A DNA stretch of 64,000 nt from Octopus sinensis (Eukaryota). Below, piece by piece: positions 1 through 13,419 of this stretch. The stretch spans positions 43,152,001 to 43,216,000 of the forward strand of contig NC_043008.1 in the NCBI RefSeq assembly GCF_006345805.1. The letters run 5' to 3'. Made by a program: the position numbers and the translations under genes. The notes beneath the pieces are model-generated. The model did no database searches, was not told the DNA's origin, and saw nothing but the letters and a program-made list of their open reading frames with translations. Every line of letters begins with the position of its first letter. Within the stretch, counting starts at the first letter, position 1.

Positions 1-543
1 GGTTTTTGTTTTTACCAGATGGGAATGGCAGGTGGTAACCTCGAGGGACGTGACAGCAACTCATTCCTCGGAGGCTGCCATCTGTCAAGGGAAAATGGGA
101 TTTCGTTCGGAAGCTTTTCATGGAAATTTTGTAGCAATATCATCAAAAACACCAATACGGCTAAAACTACAGCACCCTCTCGACCACCACCACAAGTACT
201 AGCAGCAGCAGCAGCAGCAACAACAACATTTTTAGCAATAATAACACGACGACCAGCTTTAGGTCTTTTGAACATTGTAGGAAAATGAAACAAAAGACGC
301 TGTGCCGGTCCCTTAAAGCTTTTACATATAGGGCACCTGCGTTGGTCAGTGTGTTTAGCATTGCGGTCAGAGTTAAAGGTTCAAATAACAAGCGACAATT
401 ATGCTGTTGAGGTCTAACAAACAGAAACATGTTCACCGACCCAAGTGGGATGAAAAACAAAGTTGACTGCACCAAGATTTGAGCTCAGATTATAGGGAGC
501 CAGAAACAACCCTGCTTCAAAGACTCTCTTTCACTGGTTCTTT

Positions 544-742
544 AGGCGGCGAGGAGACAGAGTTGTTACCGCGCCGGAAAAATGCTTAGCGGCATTTCGT
601 CCGAGTTTACATTCTGAGTCCAAATGTCGACTTTGCCTTTCATCCTTTCGATAAAACATGTACCAGCTGAACACTGGGGTCTATGTAATCGACTTATCCC
701 CGCCCTCGAAATTGCTGGCCTTATGCCAAAATTTGAAATCAG
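544..742 (+). mobile_element. tRNA-derived SINE family A (Deu/Nin-domain-like core), degraded copy
   Basis: tRNA-like head, core GTCGACTTTGCCTTTCATCCTTTCG, 3' GGCCTTATGCC; same family repeats at 1570, 2375, 15681, 27545, 45297, 57860. Confidence 0.8.
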
Positions 743-1452
743 TATTTTATTGGTTTTTATTTTATCGATCGTGAAAGGTCGAATGTCAATACAAAAGCTG
801 TGTAGTTTTCGAACTCGTTATCTCGCGGAATGTGACGAAGAGATGTTCTGCAGGTACTTGAGGCACTGAAGTGTTTTCACCCCATCCATAACATCCAGTT
901 AATAAATCATTAATTAATTGATTAGCTGATTGACTGATGAGCAGAACTGTTAATTTAAGGCGTAATTTGTCATTTAATGACCTTCTGTAACGAGAGCGAA
1001 ATCAAATTCAACTGAACTCGTCAACATTACGATATACTAGTTGGCTTTTGTAAGCGAAGTTGACGACGAGATGATGGTGTTTGTGAGATGCTGCCTCCAC
1101 TGTCTTCTCTGCGATGCTAACAGAAACACTGGAATCTATTTTGGTAAACTTCTCTGCTACTGCTGCTGCTACTGCTTCTGCTGTTTCTTCTACTACTAAA
1201 ACTGATAGAACACCTCTCTCTATGATAGTTCTATCTAAGCAACGTATGATTATCTGCTTCTACCTAGCAACCTTCTATTAAAATGTAATACAATGTTTTG
1301 GTTACTATATCCGAAGTGAAGCCTACTTTCGCCCCACGAAATACATACCAGTCATACGCTGGGCACATTATTTTTCTACACAGGTATTTTTCGGTTTGTT
1401 TAATAAAAAATGTTTAGGACAACATTGCATTGGTCACCCTTTTTACCATAAT

Positions 1453-1454
1453 CG

Positions 1455-1539
<85 letters not shown>

Positions 1540-1580
1540 AGTCACTGCTGTTGTTGCTGCTACTACTACTGCTATTATTG
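1453..1580. repeat. compound trinucleotide microsatellite (TAC)n/(TGC)n
   Basis: direct reading. Confidence 0.95.
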
Positions 1581-1744
1581 TTGTGACATTTTTGTGGGGA
1601 GGGGAATAGACGATTACACCGACCCCCGAAGGAGTGACAGGCGAAGTTAACCTGAGCAGCATTTCAACTTACAACGTAAAGACGGACGAAATATCGCTAA
1701 GCATTTTGTCCGGTATGCTAACGATTCTGTCAGCTCACCATCTT
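1570..1744 (-). mobile_element. SINE family A, degraded
   Basis: reverse complement of the family A head and core; 5' end abuts an (AAT)n array. Confidence 0.75.
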
Positions 1745-1757
1745 AATAATGAAGGAA

Positions 1758-1800
<43 letters not shown>

Positions 1801-1829
1801 AAAATAATAATAATAATAATAATAATAAC

Positions 1830-1888
<59 letters not shown>

Positions 1889-1932
1889 TAATAATAATAA
1901 TAATAATAATATAATAATAATATAATAATAAT

Positions 1933-2013
<81 letters not shown>
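1745..2013. repeat. (AAT)n microsatellite
   Basis: direct reading. Confidence 0.95.
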
Positions 2014-2285
2014 GAGTGAGAAATACCAGCCACTTAAGACTAAAACAATACATGTTGTCGTAGGTGCCCTTGGAATGATAGCAAAAGGGGCTGATTGCTA
2101 CCTAGCTCAGATACCAGGAAACCCCGAAATGGCAGAAATTCAAAAGATAGTGCTCATGGGAACTGCCCATATCCTACACCAACACCAACACGAACTTCTA
2201 ACTTGTTGTCTCTTGAAGTCTCTGAGTGAGACTTGGAGTCAGCTTGTACAAATGCAAATCAAAAGACAAACCTATCACAATTACA
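2014..2285 (+). mobile_element. 3' end of R4/Dong-like (RLE) non-LTR retrotransposon
   Basis: translates KYQPLKTKTIHVVVGALGMIAKGADCYLAQIPGNPEMAEIQKIVLMGTAHIL, the C-terminal end of the RLE domain of R4/Dong-type ORFs; followed by a short UTR and (AAT)n tail. Confidence 0.8.
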
Positions 2286-2297
2286 ATAATAATAATG

Positions 2298-2374
<77 letters not shown>

Positions 2375-2585
2375 CATTTCTACTATAGGCACAAGGCCTG
2401 AAATTTGAGGGGAGGGGATAGTCGATCATATCGACTCCAGTGCTTGACTGGGACTTAATTTATCGACCCAGAAAGGATGAAAGGCAAAGTCGACCTCGGT
2501 GGAATTTGAACTCAAAACGCCTTGACAGACGAAAAGCTGCAAAGCATTTTTCCCGGCGTGTGAACGATTCTGCTAGTTCGCTGCC

Positions 2586-2589
<4 letters not shown>
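2375..2589 (-). mobile_element. SINE family A, near full length
   Basis: contains GAAAGGATGAAAGGCAAAGTCGACCTCGGTGGAATTTGAACTC; (AAT)n on both sides. Confidence 0.9.
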
Positions 2590-2661
<72 letters not shown>

Positions 2662-2719
2662 TGATAATAATAATAATGATAACAACGACAACAACAACAA
2701 CAACAATAATAATAATACC

Positions 2720-3480
2720 ACGTAGACAATGCCCATGTACAGGTGGTTACACTCTAGATAGATTATACCAACCACGGAAGGAGTGAGGAGAGGATTCATT
2801 ACAATAGAAGACTGCGTAGAAATGGCAAAACGAGATATACAAGAGTATGTGAGAAGAAAAGCAGAAAGAGTGATTCCAGCTGCCAAAGGAGAGGAGAAAG
2901 AAGCTGTGGAGACGGTAATGCATTACAAGAAAAGAAGAAAAGAAGAGGAGCGAGAAGGAAAACAACTGGGGAAAGGAACTTCGTCGTTAGCATCTCAGAC
3001 TCGCGCAGAACATCGCAGGAGAGGAGTCTTGCTTATGGCTGAAGAATGGAAACCTTACGAAAGAAACAGAAGTCATAATGGCTGCCGATAGCCATTCAAC
3101 GTGGATGGATATCGTTGACGCCAAAAATAGGCAGATCCATGAGAAGTGCAAAGTGCAGAATATGTAATGAGAAAGAGGGATTCTGTTCTGCAGGTAAGTT
3201 GTTGTAGTTCCTTACACGTAAGGGATACAGACGCTAACACGACTATGTAACCGAACAGCTACACCGGGGCATATTACGGCAAATAGATTTAAAGTATGAA
3301 GAAAATGGTACGGACATCAATCAGAAAGTGTAACAGAGAATGACCAGGACAAAATTTTATGGGATTGACGTACACATTTATCGCGAAATTCATGTCAGGA
3401 GACACAACATTGTGGTTTTAGGCGGTGGAAAAGGAGGGCGTCATCATAGACGTGGCTATCTCCGTCCACGTGAATGTAAT
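2720..3480 (+). mobile_element. R4/Dong-like non-LTR retrotransposon fragment (post-RT, zinc knuckle, RLE), pseudogenised
   Basis: motifs DRLYQPRKE*xRGFITIEDCV, WLKNGNLTKETEVIMAA, KCRICNEKE, WYGHQSESVTENDQDKILWD, IIDVAI with stops and frameshifts. Confidence 0.8.
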
Positions 3481-3596
3481 GGTTGTGATGCATGTGCCTG
3501 GTGTACCCTTATCAGACGGGTAGTCATGATGGGTTTGCTGGGCTTCGTATATTTTACCCCAGTGTCATTTTGATGGCATGCACTGCTCTCTCACTC

Positions 3597-3767
<171 letters not shown>

Positions 3768-4240
3768 TGCAAGGCTGGAGGCCGAAAGTTGATCAGAATC
3801 GAAGAATGTTGTGCCAATGAATCATCAATCGTTAGATGAGTAATTGGTAAGTAGCGATGGACTGATCTTGCAGCATGTTCCGGAAAGCTAGAATCTGTTT
3901 AAACACAATATAAAATAAATAACTTATACAAGGAACGATTGAGAGGAGAAATCACCAAATTAATAGTGAAAATATATTTAGATATGATCAATTGGAATGT
4001 GTTACGGAATTGGTCGAGAAAGGAGACCTGGTAGTGGAACCGAAACCTGATATTTAAAGATTAGTCCTTAAAATAAACTCCCTGAATCTGTTTAAGGAAA
4101 AAGAATGGGACAAGTGTAAAGTTAAGTGGCGTGAAGAGGGTGACTATGAACCTTATTGTAAATGGATGGGAAATGCTTGCGTAGAGACTCTGTAAACAGC
4201 ATCCTGATGAGAGTGTGTTTAAATTTGCGTTGGAGCATAG
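3768..4240 (+). mobile_element. second, more decayed R4/Dong-like fragment
   Basis: begins KAGGRKLIRIEECCANE (cf. RKEGGRGLISIEDC motif); later remnants resembling VETETLIF and zinc-knuckle region. Confidence 0.55.
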
Positions 4241-4763
4241 CGATAAGCAAAAAAAAAAGGAACAAAAAGTGAACAAACAAACAAAACAGTATTTTTTGTG
4301 GGATGAAAAGAAAGATATCTCAGTACTGAATGAAATCAAATATCAAAATAGAATTGAAATAAAAGGAGATACAAGAGTTGTTGGAATATAACATAATGAA
4401 GAAAGAATTACCTGAAATCAAAGAACGGAAGATGAGTGTCAAATCGCACTGGAAAGTAACAAAGATTCTTTGAGCGAAATAAACAGCTCGATTCTAATCC
4501 AAAATGATTCTATCAAATAAATAACTAATTAAATAAATAGATAATAGGTAAATAAATAAATGGAAGGAAAATCGAGGGAATACCAACAGCGTCAGAGGAA
4601 GGAGAATTTGGGGCTGGAATGAGGAGTTGAAAGAGACTACTTGTATGATGTAGAACTGTTCGCTAAGTTAGACGCGAACTATCTCCAATTCGAGTTTTGA
4701 TTGGATAATCACTTATAGTCCATTATTTTAAAACATTCTGTGGTTTAAATATTTATTATTCAT

Positions 4764-5100
4764 TTATACTGAGCAAGTGAGTCTCCTGATGTGCAAGCAT
4801 CTCAAAGCTTGTTCCTGATCAGAATCTATTACATTGAATGTAAAAATCTGGTAAAATTCTTCTAAACACAAGTCATATTTTAAAGATCCAGCTCTATATG
4901 ATTTTGCAATGCAAATTAATTCCCAATTGATAGTATAGTCTTCATTTCTGTCTTCAATAAACCAAATCAATTTACTAAAACTTGTTTGGAATCTTTTATT
5001 TTTATCTCTAAATGAACTCAAATGATTTGCCAGTCTCCTCTTCAAAATGAATGATGTCTCACCAGTCTTACGCTTATTTTTATATATAATTCACACATGG
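4764..5100 (-). mobile_element. Penelope-like element GIY-YIG endonuclease C-terminal relic
   Basis: TGETSFILKRRLANHLSSFRDKNKRFQTSFSKLIWFIEDRNEDYTINWELICIAKSYRAGSLKYDLCLEE matches the PLE endonuclease pattern (KxRxxNHxSSF...SKxIW...YxxGSxxCxLCLxE). Confidence 0.8.
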
Positions 5101-5721
5101 TTTTTACATATGGAAAAATTACCCTAAACCTTCATAAGATGAACATCAGTGCAAACCAGATCCTGGTCAGTTAAATATATTTTTATTCTACTACAAAGAC
5201 TCTTTTAACCGCAACGCAAAAATTGTAAGCATCAAAATCTTTTTTCTACACAACAGACTCGAAGTATCATGTGATCTCTTTCTCCTTTCTTTTCTTTTTA
5301 TTTGTGGAAATTATCCTGTGGCTACCTACACCAAAATATTTTCAGGTAAACTATAATATGAATGCTAGACTAGTTCGTCTGTTTCGCCGCTTCCAGCTCA
5401 TTAAACCAACAGGAAATAATCGAAAGGTTTGATCAAGTTATAATGAAAGCGAACAAGAGGAAACAGACGGGTTGCATGCGCCGTATGCATTTTTGATATC
5501 TACGTAAATATTAAGGGAACAAATTAAACAATCTATTAATCTGTCATTGTATTTGATGGAATTATCATGAAAATATATACACTGTGAAGACCAGTTTATT
5601 CTAAAATTCCATACTTTGGTACAAACTTTTGTTTTTTAAAGTACTCAACAGCATCAAGACTACCAGAAAACTGTTCTGATTCGGGTTATATTTTTATATT
5701 TCACAAAGTCGGTATTTGGTT

Positions 5722-5777
5722 TACATTATTTACATTTGACGGATATTTGCACTCATCTTGTTTGTTATATTCAGGTC

Positions 5778-5816
<39 letters not shown>

Positions 5817-5960
5817 TCGAAAAATACCTTGGGAATGAGAAAGCTGGAGGGTATATCAGCCGAAACGTGGTGTTAACAACAAACAAGATGAGGACAAATA
5901 TCCGTCAAACGTAAATAATGTAAATAATGTACATATAATTCCTCATCTCTTAAATATAGA
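5722..5960 (+). mobile_element. PLE-type non-coding terminal fragment with 45-bp inverted duplication and truncated hammerhead
   Basis: 5722-5766 is the reverse complement of 5878-5922 (3 mismatches); between them lie (AAT)n and GCTG-GAGGGTATAT-CAGC-C-GAAAC-GT. Confidence 0.6.
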
Positions 5961-6057
5961 ACTATGGTTAATTGGTATTCTATACTTCTGTTTTAATTTT
6001 CCTGTGAATTCGTAAGGAACAAAGTTTATATAAATATATTCGTGAATTTAATTTCAA

Positions 6058-6345
6058 TGGTCGTCGACGTCGTGTAACGTTCGCCTGCAGCGCATTGAAG
6101 ACACACCAATGAAAGTCTTCTCGATGAAGCGCGACTTCTCCAGCTGCCTTGCCATTCTTGTCCTACCAGCTTGGGATATTGTCCACGCATTGCATTCTTT
6201 GCCTGTCACTTGATCTATTTACACTTTACTCTTCCTTCGATGATAATGCTTCCCAAACCTCTGCTTTCTCGAATATAACCTTAACAGAGGAGCTTTTGTT
6301 TTTTCACAATGTTCAGTAGTTGCCGTCTCTCATCTTTTTATTTGT
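6058..6345 (-). mobile_element. RTE-clade LINE 3' fragment
   Basis: frameshifted LLNIVKKQKL...GYIRESRGLGSIIIEGRV...QRMQCVDNIPSW...ALHREDFH; ends in a short CGACG-type repeat tail. Confidence 0.7.
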
Positions 6346-6942
6346 CGAGGAGCCTCGTAATTTTAATACGTTATTTTAAATACGGAGAGAACTTCCAATA
6401 TAAAAATTACTTATAAACGCTTTTTCGTAGGTTTTTAGAATTCTATTAGTTTTAATCATGTGTCACCTTTGAGCTATACATTATAAAAAAGAATATTTTA
6501 AAGAGAATGTATATTTTATGAGGGAGATAATAAAAGATATTTCTTAAGAATATATAATTAACATAACGCAATAGAATTCCTCGTTTATTTAAGCTACGTT
6601 CACCTACATAACAAAACCCCGACACCTACATCTAACCCTAACTCACTCAACTCACGCGAATATCTCCATATATGAACAAAATTGACACCTGACTCCTCCT
6701 GCTATGATTTGTTCGTTTATCTAAACAATCTAATCAACGCACACACTTATGTGTGTATGGGTGTAGAGGTTTGTGGGCATTTAGATGTGTCATATAGCAC
6801 CGTCGCTGTTGTAGTTGGCGCTTCCTCTCAGACATGATGGAGTAGGTCTGTGTTGAAAAGCGTTTTCGCCCTCACCATGTCATCTTTTGGAAACCGGTAG
6901 CGTGTGAAGAGACACACTAACTGTCATTTCTAGTAGACCGAC

Positions 6943-6990
<48 letters not shown>

Positions 6991-7090
6991 ACAAGTGTGT
7001 GTATAAGTGTGCACACACAGAGAAACATACACAGGCAATATATATATACGTGCATACATATATACATCGATATGTATACGTATCCTTATA

Positions 7091-7315
7091 TTGGGTTATC
7101 CGGAAAGTTCGTGCAGATTTATAGTAGCTTAACTTTCGACTTACCCTCCCAGGTACCTCAATTCTGGGAAGAGGGTATTTTCAAGTTAAAGGAAAGATGG
7201 AGACGCATTGTGCAACAAAATGGTTCATATTTGGTTGATTAAAAATATAATGGCAAGTATTTATTGACCTTTTTCTTGCCTTGAAAAGTCGGCGCGAACT
7301 TTTCGGACAACCCGA
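7091..7315 (+). mobile_element. internally deleted mariner (MITE-like) with TA TSD
   Basis: TIRs TTGGGTTATCCGGAAAGTTCGTGC / rc TCGGGTTGTCCGAAAAGTTCGCGC, flanked by TA; interior encodes transposase C-terminus QFWEEGIFKLKERWRRIVQQNGSYLVD*. Confidence 0.9.
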
Positions 7316-7325
7316 TATATATATA

Positions 7326-7522
7326 GGGAGAATTCACAAAAAAAAACAAACAAAGCAGAAGACAGGTGGTGTAGACAAAAAAAAACAGATGTATTAGTAT
7401 AACGCTCGGGAATAGAAAAAGTCTTTAACGTTTCGAGCCTACGCTCTTCCACATAAAGGAACACAGAAAGAAACAGGGAAAGAAAATAAAGAATGTGTAG
7501 TGGCTAGCGATCTCTCATGGCG
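7326..7522 (-). mobile_element. hammerhead-bearing short element family H1, copy a (degenerate core)
   Basis: flanked by (TA)n; minus strand reads CTTT-ATGTGGA-A-GAGC-GTAG-GCTC-GAAAC-GTT-AAAG; homologous to 17034, 36758, 61537, 62351. Confidence 0.8.
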
Positions 7523-7523
7523 A

Positions 7524-7600
<77 letters not shown>

Positions 7601-8089
7601 ATAGATACATACATATTTGTGTGTATTTGTGTGTATCTAAAGCATTTAAAATTGAAATTCTTACATTAAAACTCACTAATTACGTAAGTTGCTCTCTAGT
7701 GTGTATCATTATATGCACTGGCACTTACAGACATGGACTCATTCATACACACACAACACACACACTTACACACTCTCAAACAAAGTGTTAAGTGTGTAGA
7801 ATATTACTTTCTTGACCATTCTACTTACAACATCGTTACAGTCGTTCGTTAATGAATGGAAGAGAAATAAATGTACTGTGCGCTTCTGTGGGATTCCTTA
7901 GTTTCTGTTGTGTGGAAGTAGAACACCCCTATTGGTTGGAACCTAATCGACTGCCCCACAACATAAATGGACATACGTAGAGAGCGTTCGAGAGTAGAGT
8001 AAAGCCGAGAGTTGCGTATTGTCGAGGATCATTACTAGTATCTTGGGTAGAACGATTTGCAAGGACATTATTATTATTATTATTATTAT

Positions 8090-8500
8090 CCCGTTATATC
8101 GTACGTCGAACGTGCGATGCAACAGTTTCACAATTTGCAATTAGAGTTGAGCTAATTGCAAATCCCGGCTTGCATCCCACTGGCAGCCAAGCTCAGGGTT
8201 GACCTCTCGATCCAGGGTCACCTAATGGACTTCTCTGCAGCTTCAATGAAGCACTTTATTCTTCTCCCCTTTACCGCACTTCAAGCCCAGTTAGAAAGTT
8301 GAAGAATAAGACTCTTACAAAACCTCAGCATCTCAATTCAAGTACCTCCCAGCATGCCCGCCCCACCTGATGTCTGCACTGTTCTACCATCTCTTGGTAT
8401 TTGGCATGCTCCCTCTCATGAGTTTTCGCTTTGTGTTCCTTCCGGGACACAACGAACAATACATGTGACTCTACAATATCACGGTATTTAAAGAAACTGA
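8090..8500 (-). mobile_element. HERO/NeSL-like RLE non-LTR retrotransposon 3' end
   Basis: KAKTHEREHAKYQEMVEQCRHQVGRACWEVLELRC*GF then FIEAAEKSIR*PWIER...ASGMQAG; (AAT)n tail at 8067-8089 on the element strand. Confidence 0.7.
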
Positions 8501-8549
8501 GTTTCCAATAATCCGGGTCAAAAACGCACATACTAGCTGCCCGGTGTGG

Positions 8550-8950
8550 TTGCTTGACCTGTTAGAAATACCGACTAATTCTCCTGTAATCACACATTGA
8601 AGTCTTAAGAAAGGAACAGAAAGACATTGGATAATGTAGTTCTGCATTCGACGAGAATGTCATTCCTGGGGCACTTTGATCATATGTTTGCTTGATCAGA
8701 GATCTTCTGGTACCAAACAGGAACATCTTTTTAACTGTCAATACGTTTATTTAACTTGCTAGAAGTAGCAACCAACTCTCCGCCAAATCATACATTGACG
8801 TCTTCAAAAGAGGGCATATTTGATAGTCTAGTCTTAGAAGCGTAATACGTGAGAAGGTCATGGTTGGAATTTATTTGATCATTGGTTCTGCTCAGTCTGA
8901 TGCTTACTATCTATAAAAGAATGGCAATAACAACAACAACAACAACAACT
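8550..8950 (+). mobile_element. two partial copies of repeat family C ((CAA)n-tailed SINE-like)
   Basis: TGYTAGAARTA(G)CARCCAA...TCA(C/T)AC motif recurs at 8550 and 8755 and inverted at ~18110, ~25930, ~45780; (CAA)n tail at ~8930. Confidence 0.6.
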
Positions 8951-9520
8951 CTTTGCAGGTAGATTCAGGAATATGTGACGTTCATGCTGTTTCCAGTGGA
9001 AAAGTTATCAATATAACCCCTAGGGGCTGGCTTTCCTGGGTTTTGATGTGGTTCCCATATAAAAGCCAACTGAATGTTACAAATACCAATATCTCATCAC
9101 TGTCCTTCCTCGCGGCCATTTCTCAAGACTCAGAATTCCTTGAAACAATTTCTTTAAACACTGCACTCCATAATAACACTAATTAGACACACATCATTTA
9201 TTAAGCAATTAGAAATTATTAATTATCTATGCAGTAGTAGTAGTAGTAGTAGTAGTGCCGAAGGATAAAAGCAAAGGATGTATAGATACGGATAAATATG
9301 TATGTGTGTGTATGTATGGATTTATGTGTGCGTGTGTGTGTATATATATATATATGTGAGTGGGTGTGTGTGTATATATGTATATGTGTATGTGTATGTA
9401 TGTGTGTGTGTGGATGTGTATATATATGTATGTGTATATATATATGTGTATGTATGAATGTATATATATGTGTGTGAGTGTGTATGTATATATATATATA
9501 TATATATCTTTATGTATGTG

Positions 9521-9553
<33 letters not shown>

Positions 9554-9609
9554 ACACACACATATATCTACATACATGCATATATATATGTGGATGGTGG
9601 TGGGTGAAG

Positions 9610-9830
9610 ACGCATAGCTTCGTGGTTAAGGTGTTGCATCCCGATTGTAAGATCGTGGTTTCAATTCCAAGTGCGAGCGTTGTGTTCTTGAGCAAAGCTC
9701 TTCATTAAACGTTGCTCTAAGATCATTTCGTTATCTCAAATGTGGCACATGGGGCACCTGTATAGGTAGTGTCGATTTGATGGCGGAAGTGAGCTTAGAG
9801 CTTATGTGAACATAACCGTTTTGATCGTTA
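9610..9830 (+). mobile_element. tRNA-derived SINE (distinct head, family D)
   Basis: A-box/B-box-like head GCATAGCTTCGTGGTTAAGG...GGTTTCAATTCC followed by GTGTTCTTGAGCAAAG; no complete cloverleaf. Confidence 0.55.
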
Positions 9831-9838
9831 TATGTTTA

Positions 9839-10043
9839 CAACAATACCTCGATTATCGCGGGTGTTACATTTCAAAACCTCCCATAGAAATAACTAAAAT
9901 CTAAAGAAATATAAATACCTATCCGCCAAAGAAACCCAGATATACTGAGGAGGCCGCGTTATGAATTTACATATATTAACCAGAAAAATCCGCGATGTAC
10001 TGAGTGCGCGATAGGTGAACTGCGATATGGCGACGGAATACTG
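9839..10043. mobile_element. Tigger/pogo-like MITE
   Basis: degenerate TIRs CAACAATACCTCGATTATCGCGG ... CTGCGATATGGCGACGGAATACTG, each flanked by TA. Confidence 0.55.
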
Positions 10044-10921
10044 TAAATGTATAAAATGAAATGTTCCCCAGTCTTTGTTGCCAGAACTGTTTCATTGGAA
10101 CGACCATAACTGGAATTGGACTAGCAGACAGAAAGGAACGATACAAGAATCTGAAATATTCAGATAACTATCATAAAAAGAGCGAGAATAATTTAGCAAA
10201 AATTTATGTAACAAACATTATAAGTAAACTGTTAAGGGCTCGTCATTCATACGCACCTAAACACACACATATATTACATATACAGGTATACACACACACA
10301 CACACACACGAGTGTGTGTGTGTGTATGTATCGTCCTTGTTTTCGTATACATTCGCTGCTTTCTTCCACGGAATCTAATGCTCTTAGCTTAGTTTTTACT
10401 TGGGGTTGGCAGGATTGGAGCCATATATATATCTATCTATCTATCTATCTATATATTATATATATATCTATATATATATATATATATACACATACGTAAA
10501 TGCATCCATCAAATTCTACATGTAGATTATAGACACACATTAATACAAATAATAATTGGTGCCCATGGTTTAATTAGTAGATGCTTAATCAACAATCTGG
10601 ACAAGAAGAATAAAACCAGCTAACACGCACAATACAAATAGAATCTGTAAGCGGAACCTTAAAGTATGAGAGATTTTCTGAAATGTAAAATGTGATAATG
10701 CTTTTGTTATCGATATTCGAATGACAGAGCTTTGTCTCTTTGTTAGAAAGCAGTTCCTTTCTTACAGGAAGACTTGAACGACTTCAAATAATTAAAAATC
10801 AGGAAAGAACATATACATGCACGTGTGCAGTCATACATTATAATTACATACACACACATACATACAATACATACATACAATACATTATATACATACATAT
10901 ATATATATATATGTATATATA

Positions 10922-10971
<50 letters not shown>

Positions 10972-11731
10972 TATTATATATATATGTATGTATATGTGTT
11001 TATATACGTATGTTTATGCATATGTGTATTGTAATCACGTGATCGATGAGACAACCGGACATTGGTTACAATGGGCTTTGCATCGTTTTGGGTTCCAAAT
11101 GATGCCACCCCGTTGGTAAGACAAGCGGCCATTTATATATATATATATATATATATATATGAATACATGTATAAAGATACTTTAAATATGAACTGCGCAA
11201 TTAAGCAGAGATATAATAAAAAATAGTAAGCTTTAGATGCAGATTGAAACCCTCATTACAAAGTAATGAACACTGACGCAAGTAATGAAATTTGTACAAA
11301 AAAAACTGTTCCAGACATACAACAGACGCTCGTTTATAAATTACGTCAGTTTCATTCGAACTATAAATTGTTAATTAACTTTCAAATGACATAATTTCCT
11401 CATAAAAGATATACAGCTTTGCTGTAAGGGGTGAGATCCAGAACGTAGTGTCATTTAAATATCCAGGTGGAGCAATTTCACTTCATTCCGCCTGCTACAA
11501 CGTTCGCAAAGACATCTACGTAAGAGAAGTCTACATTGATATATAACAGGTTCTGTGAATGGTCAAATAAAAGTGACATAATTATCATATATTATAATTA
11601 TAACCATGATATCATTATAATAATGATATCATATATTCAAAACCACACCTGTTTGTGGGAGGAGTCTACATCAGGTAAAATAATATCTCAGATATACTTA
11701 ATATATGTCATTATGTCATTATGTCTTGATA

Positions 11732-11816
<85 letters not shown>

Positions 11817-12059
11817 TGTGTGTGTGTGTCTATATGTGTGTACATATACATACATTACTGTACATACATGTATAATTTTATATGGATCAAAGGCATATAA
11901 AAGAGTAGTAATGTGAAACACCAGACTGAAGAATACAAGACCGAGGTGGTGCTCCAGCATGTCCGCAGCCGCATGGCTGAAACGAGTAAAAGAGGAAAAA
12001 GAACATACATATATATGTATACATTTGTTCATGTACGTATATTCATATACTTGTACGTG

Positions 12060-12093
<34 letters not shown>

Positions 12094-12199
12094 GTTTATA
12101 GGTTCGCCATGTAAGCGAATTTGGTAGACGGAAACTGAAAGTAGTCCGTCGTATATACAAACGTGCATGTATGTATATATATATATATATATATAATAT

Positions 12200-12390
12200 G
12201 TCTTTGCCCCCCCCCCCCACCACCGGCTTTACACCGGGTGCTAAGCTACCGCTTCCGAAGAAAGAGGTCGAAAGAATTAGTAACAGGTTTTGAAATAAAG
12301 TACGGCCGTCGATCTGTCCGACTATAATCCTTCAAGGTTGTGTCCCAGAATGGCTGCAGTCTGATGACTGGAACAGGTAAAAGATAAGAT
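12200..12390 (+). mobile_element. SINE family B 3' half
   Basis: GGTCG...GACTATAATCCTTCAAGG...CCCAG(A)ATGGCTGCAGTCTGATGACTGGAACAGGTAAAAG family 3' end. Confidence 0.65.
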
Positions 12391-12464
12391 ATGTATATGA
12401 ATGTATATATATACATATAAATGCTACATACGTACATAAATACATATGTATGTATGAATATATG

Positions 12465-12498
<34 letters not shown>

Positions 12499-12967
12499 CG
12501 TGTAATATTGACCGTGTTTTGTATAACCAACTTTTCCGTCAATACCTTTGGAAAGGCTTACTCACCTGTTTCACAGGTAATTTGACGAGAATACTCGCAA
12601 TTCCAGCTGTCCTTGAGACCCCTTAAAAAAAGGGCCAAAGTTGTGATACTCTCTAATACAGATGAGTCATTACAAAATCATAGAAAAAGAAAAAAAGAAT
12701 GGTGATCACAGATATTGATTTGTATCTATAACCTCTTCACGAATGAATATATCTAGTGAAAGAATAAAGATTAAAGACTAAGAGCTGGCTTATGAATGTA
12801 ACTCTAGCATGACACACGGTAGATATGGCCGACAGTTAAATGGAAACACAAAGAATCCCGAGTCACGTTGCAGAATTGGAACGGAAGACATTTCAGCAAG
12901 TTCTTAAATTACATTTCGTATCAGAAACTTGTAGACGCACATACGCACCTGTGTGTGTGTATATATA

Positions 12968-13007
<40 letters not shown>

Positions 13008-13059
13008 TATATACATATACATACATACATACATACACATACATACATACATACATACA

Positions 13060-13109
<50 letters not shown>

Positions 13110-13328
13110 TATATATATATATATCATGCAGAGTGTGCGTGTGTATATACAGTTTGTATTATGTGTGTGTATATTATATAAAACAAAGAGGGAGGGGGGC
13201 TTCCAGTCATGCGTGTGCGTTCATGTGTGTTTAGGTGTTTTGCGCTTTATTCTTTTTTGGGAGGGGGCATGTAGTGTAACACATCGTACATAGTCTTCTT
13301 AATACTGCAGGAAATACTATATACAATA

Positions 13329-13419
<91 letters not shown>

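Noticed and set aside
1027-1116. possible terminal exon HRREDSGGSISQTPSSRRQLRLQKPTSIS* (minus)
   Set aside because: All three frames are largely open here, so an ORF is uninformative; no recognisable homology
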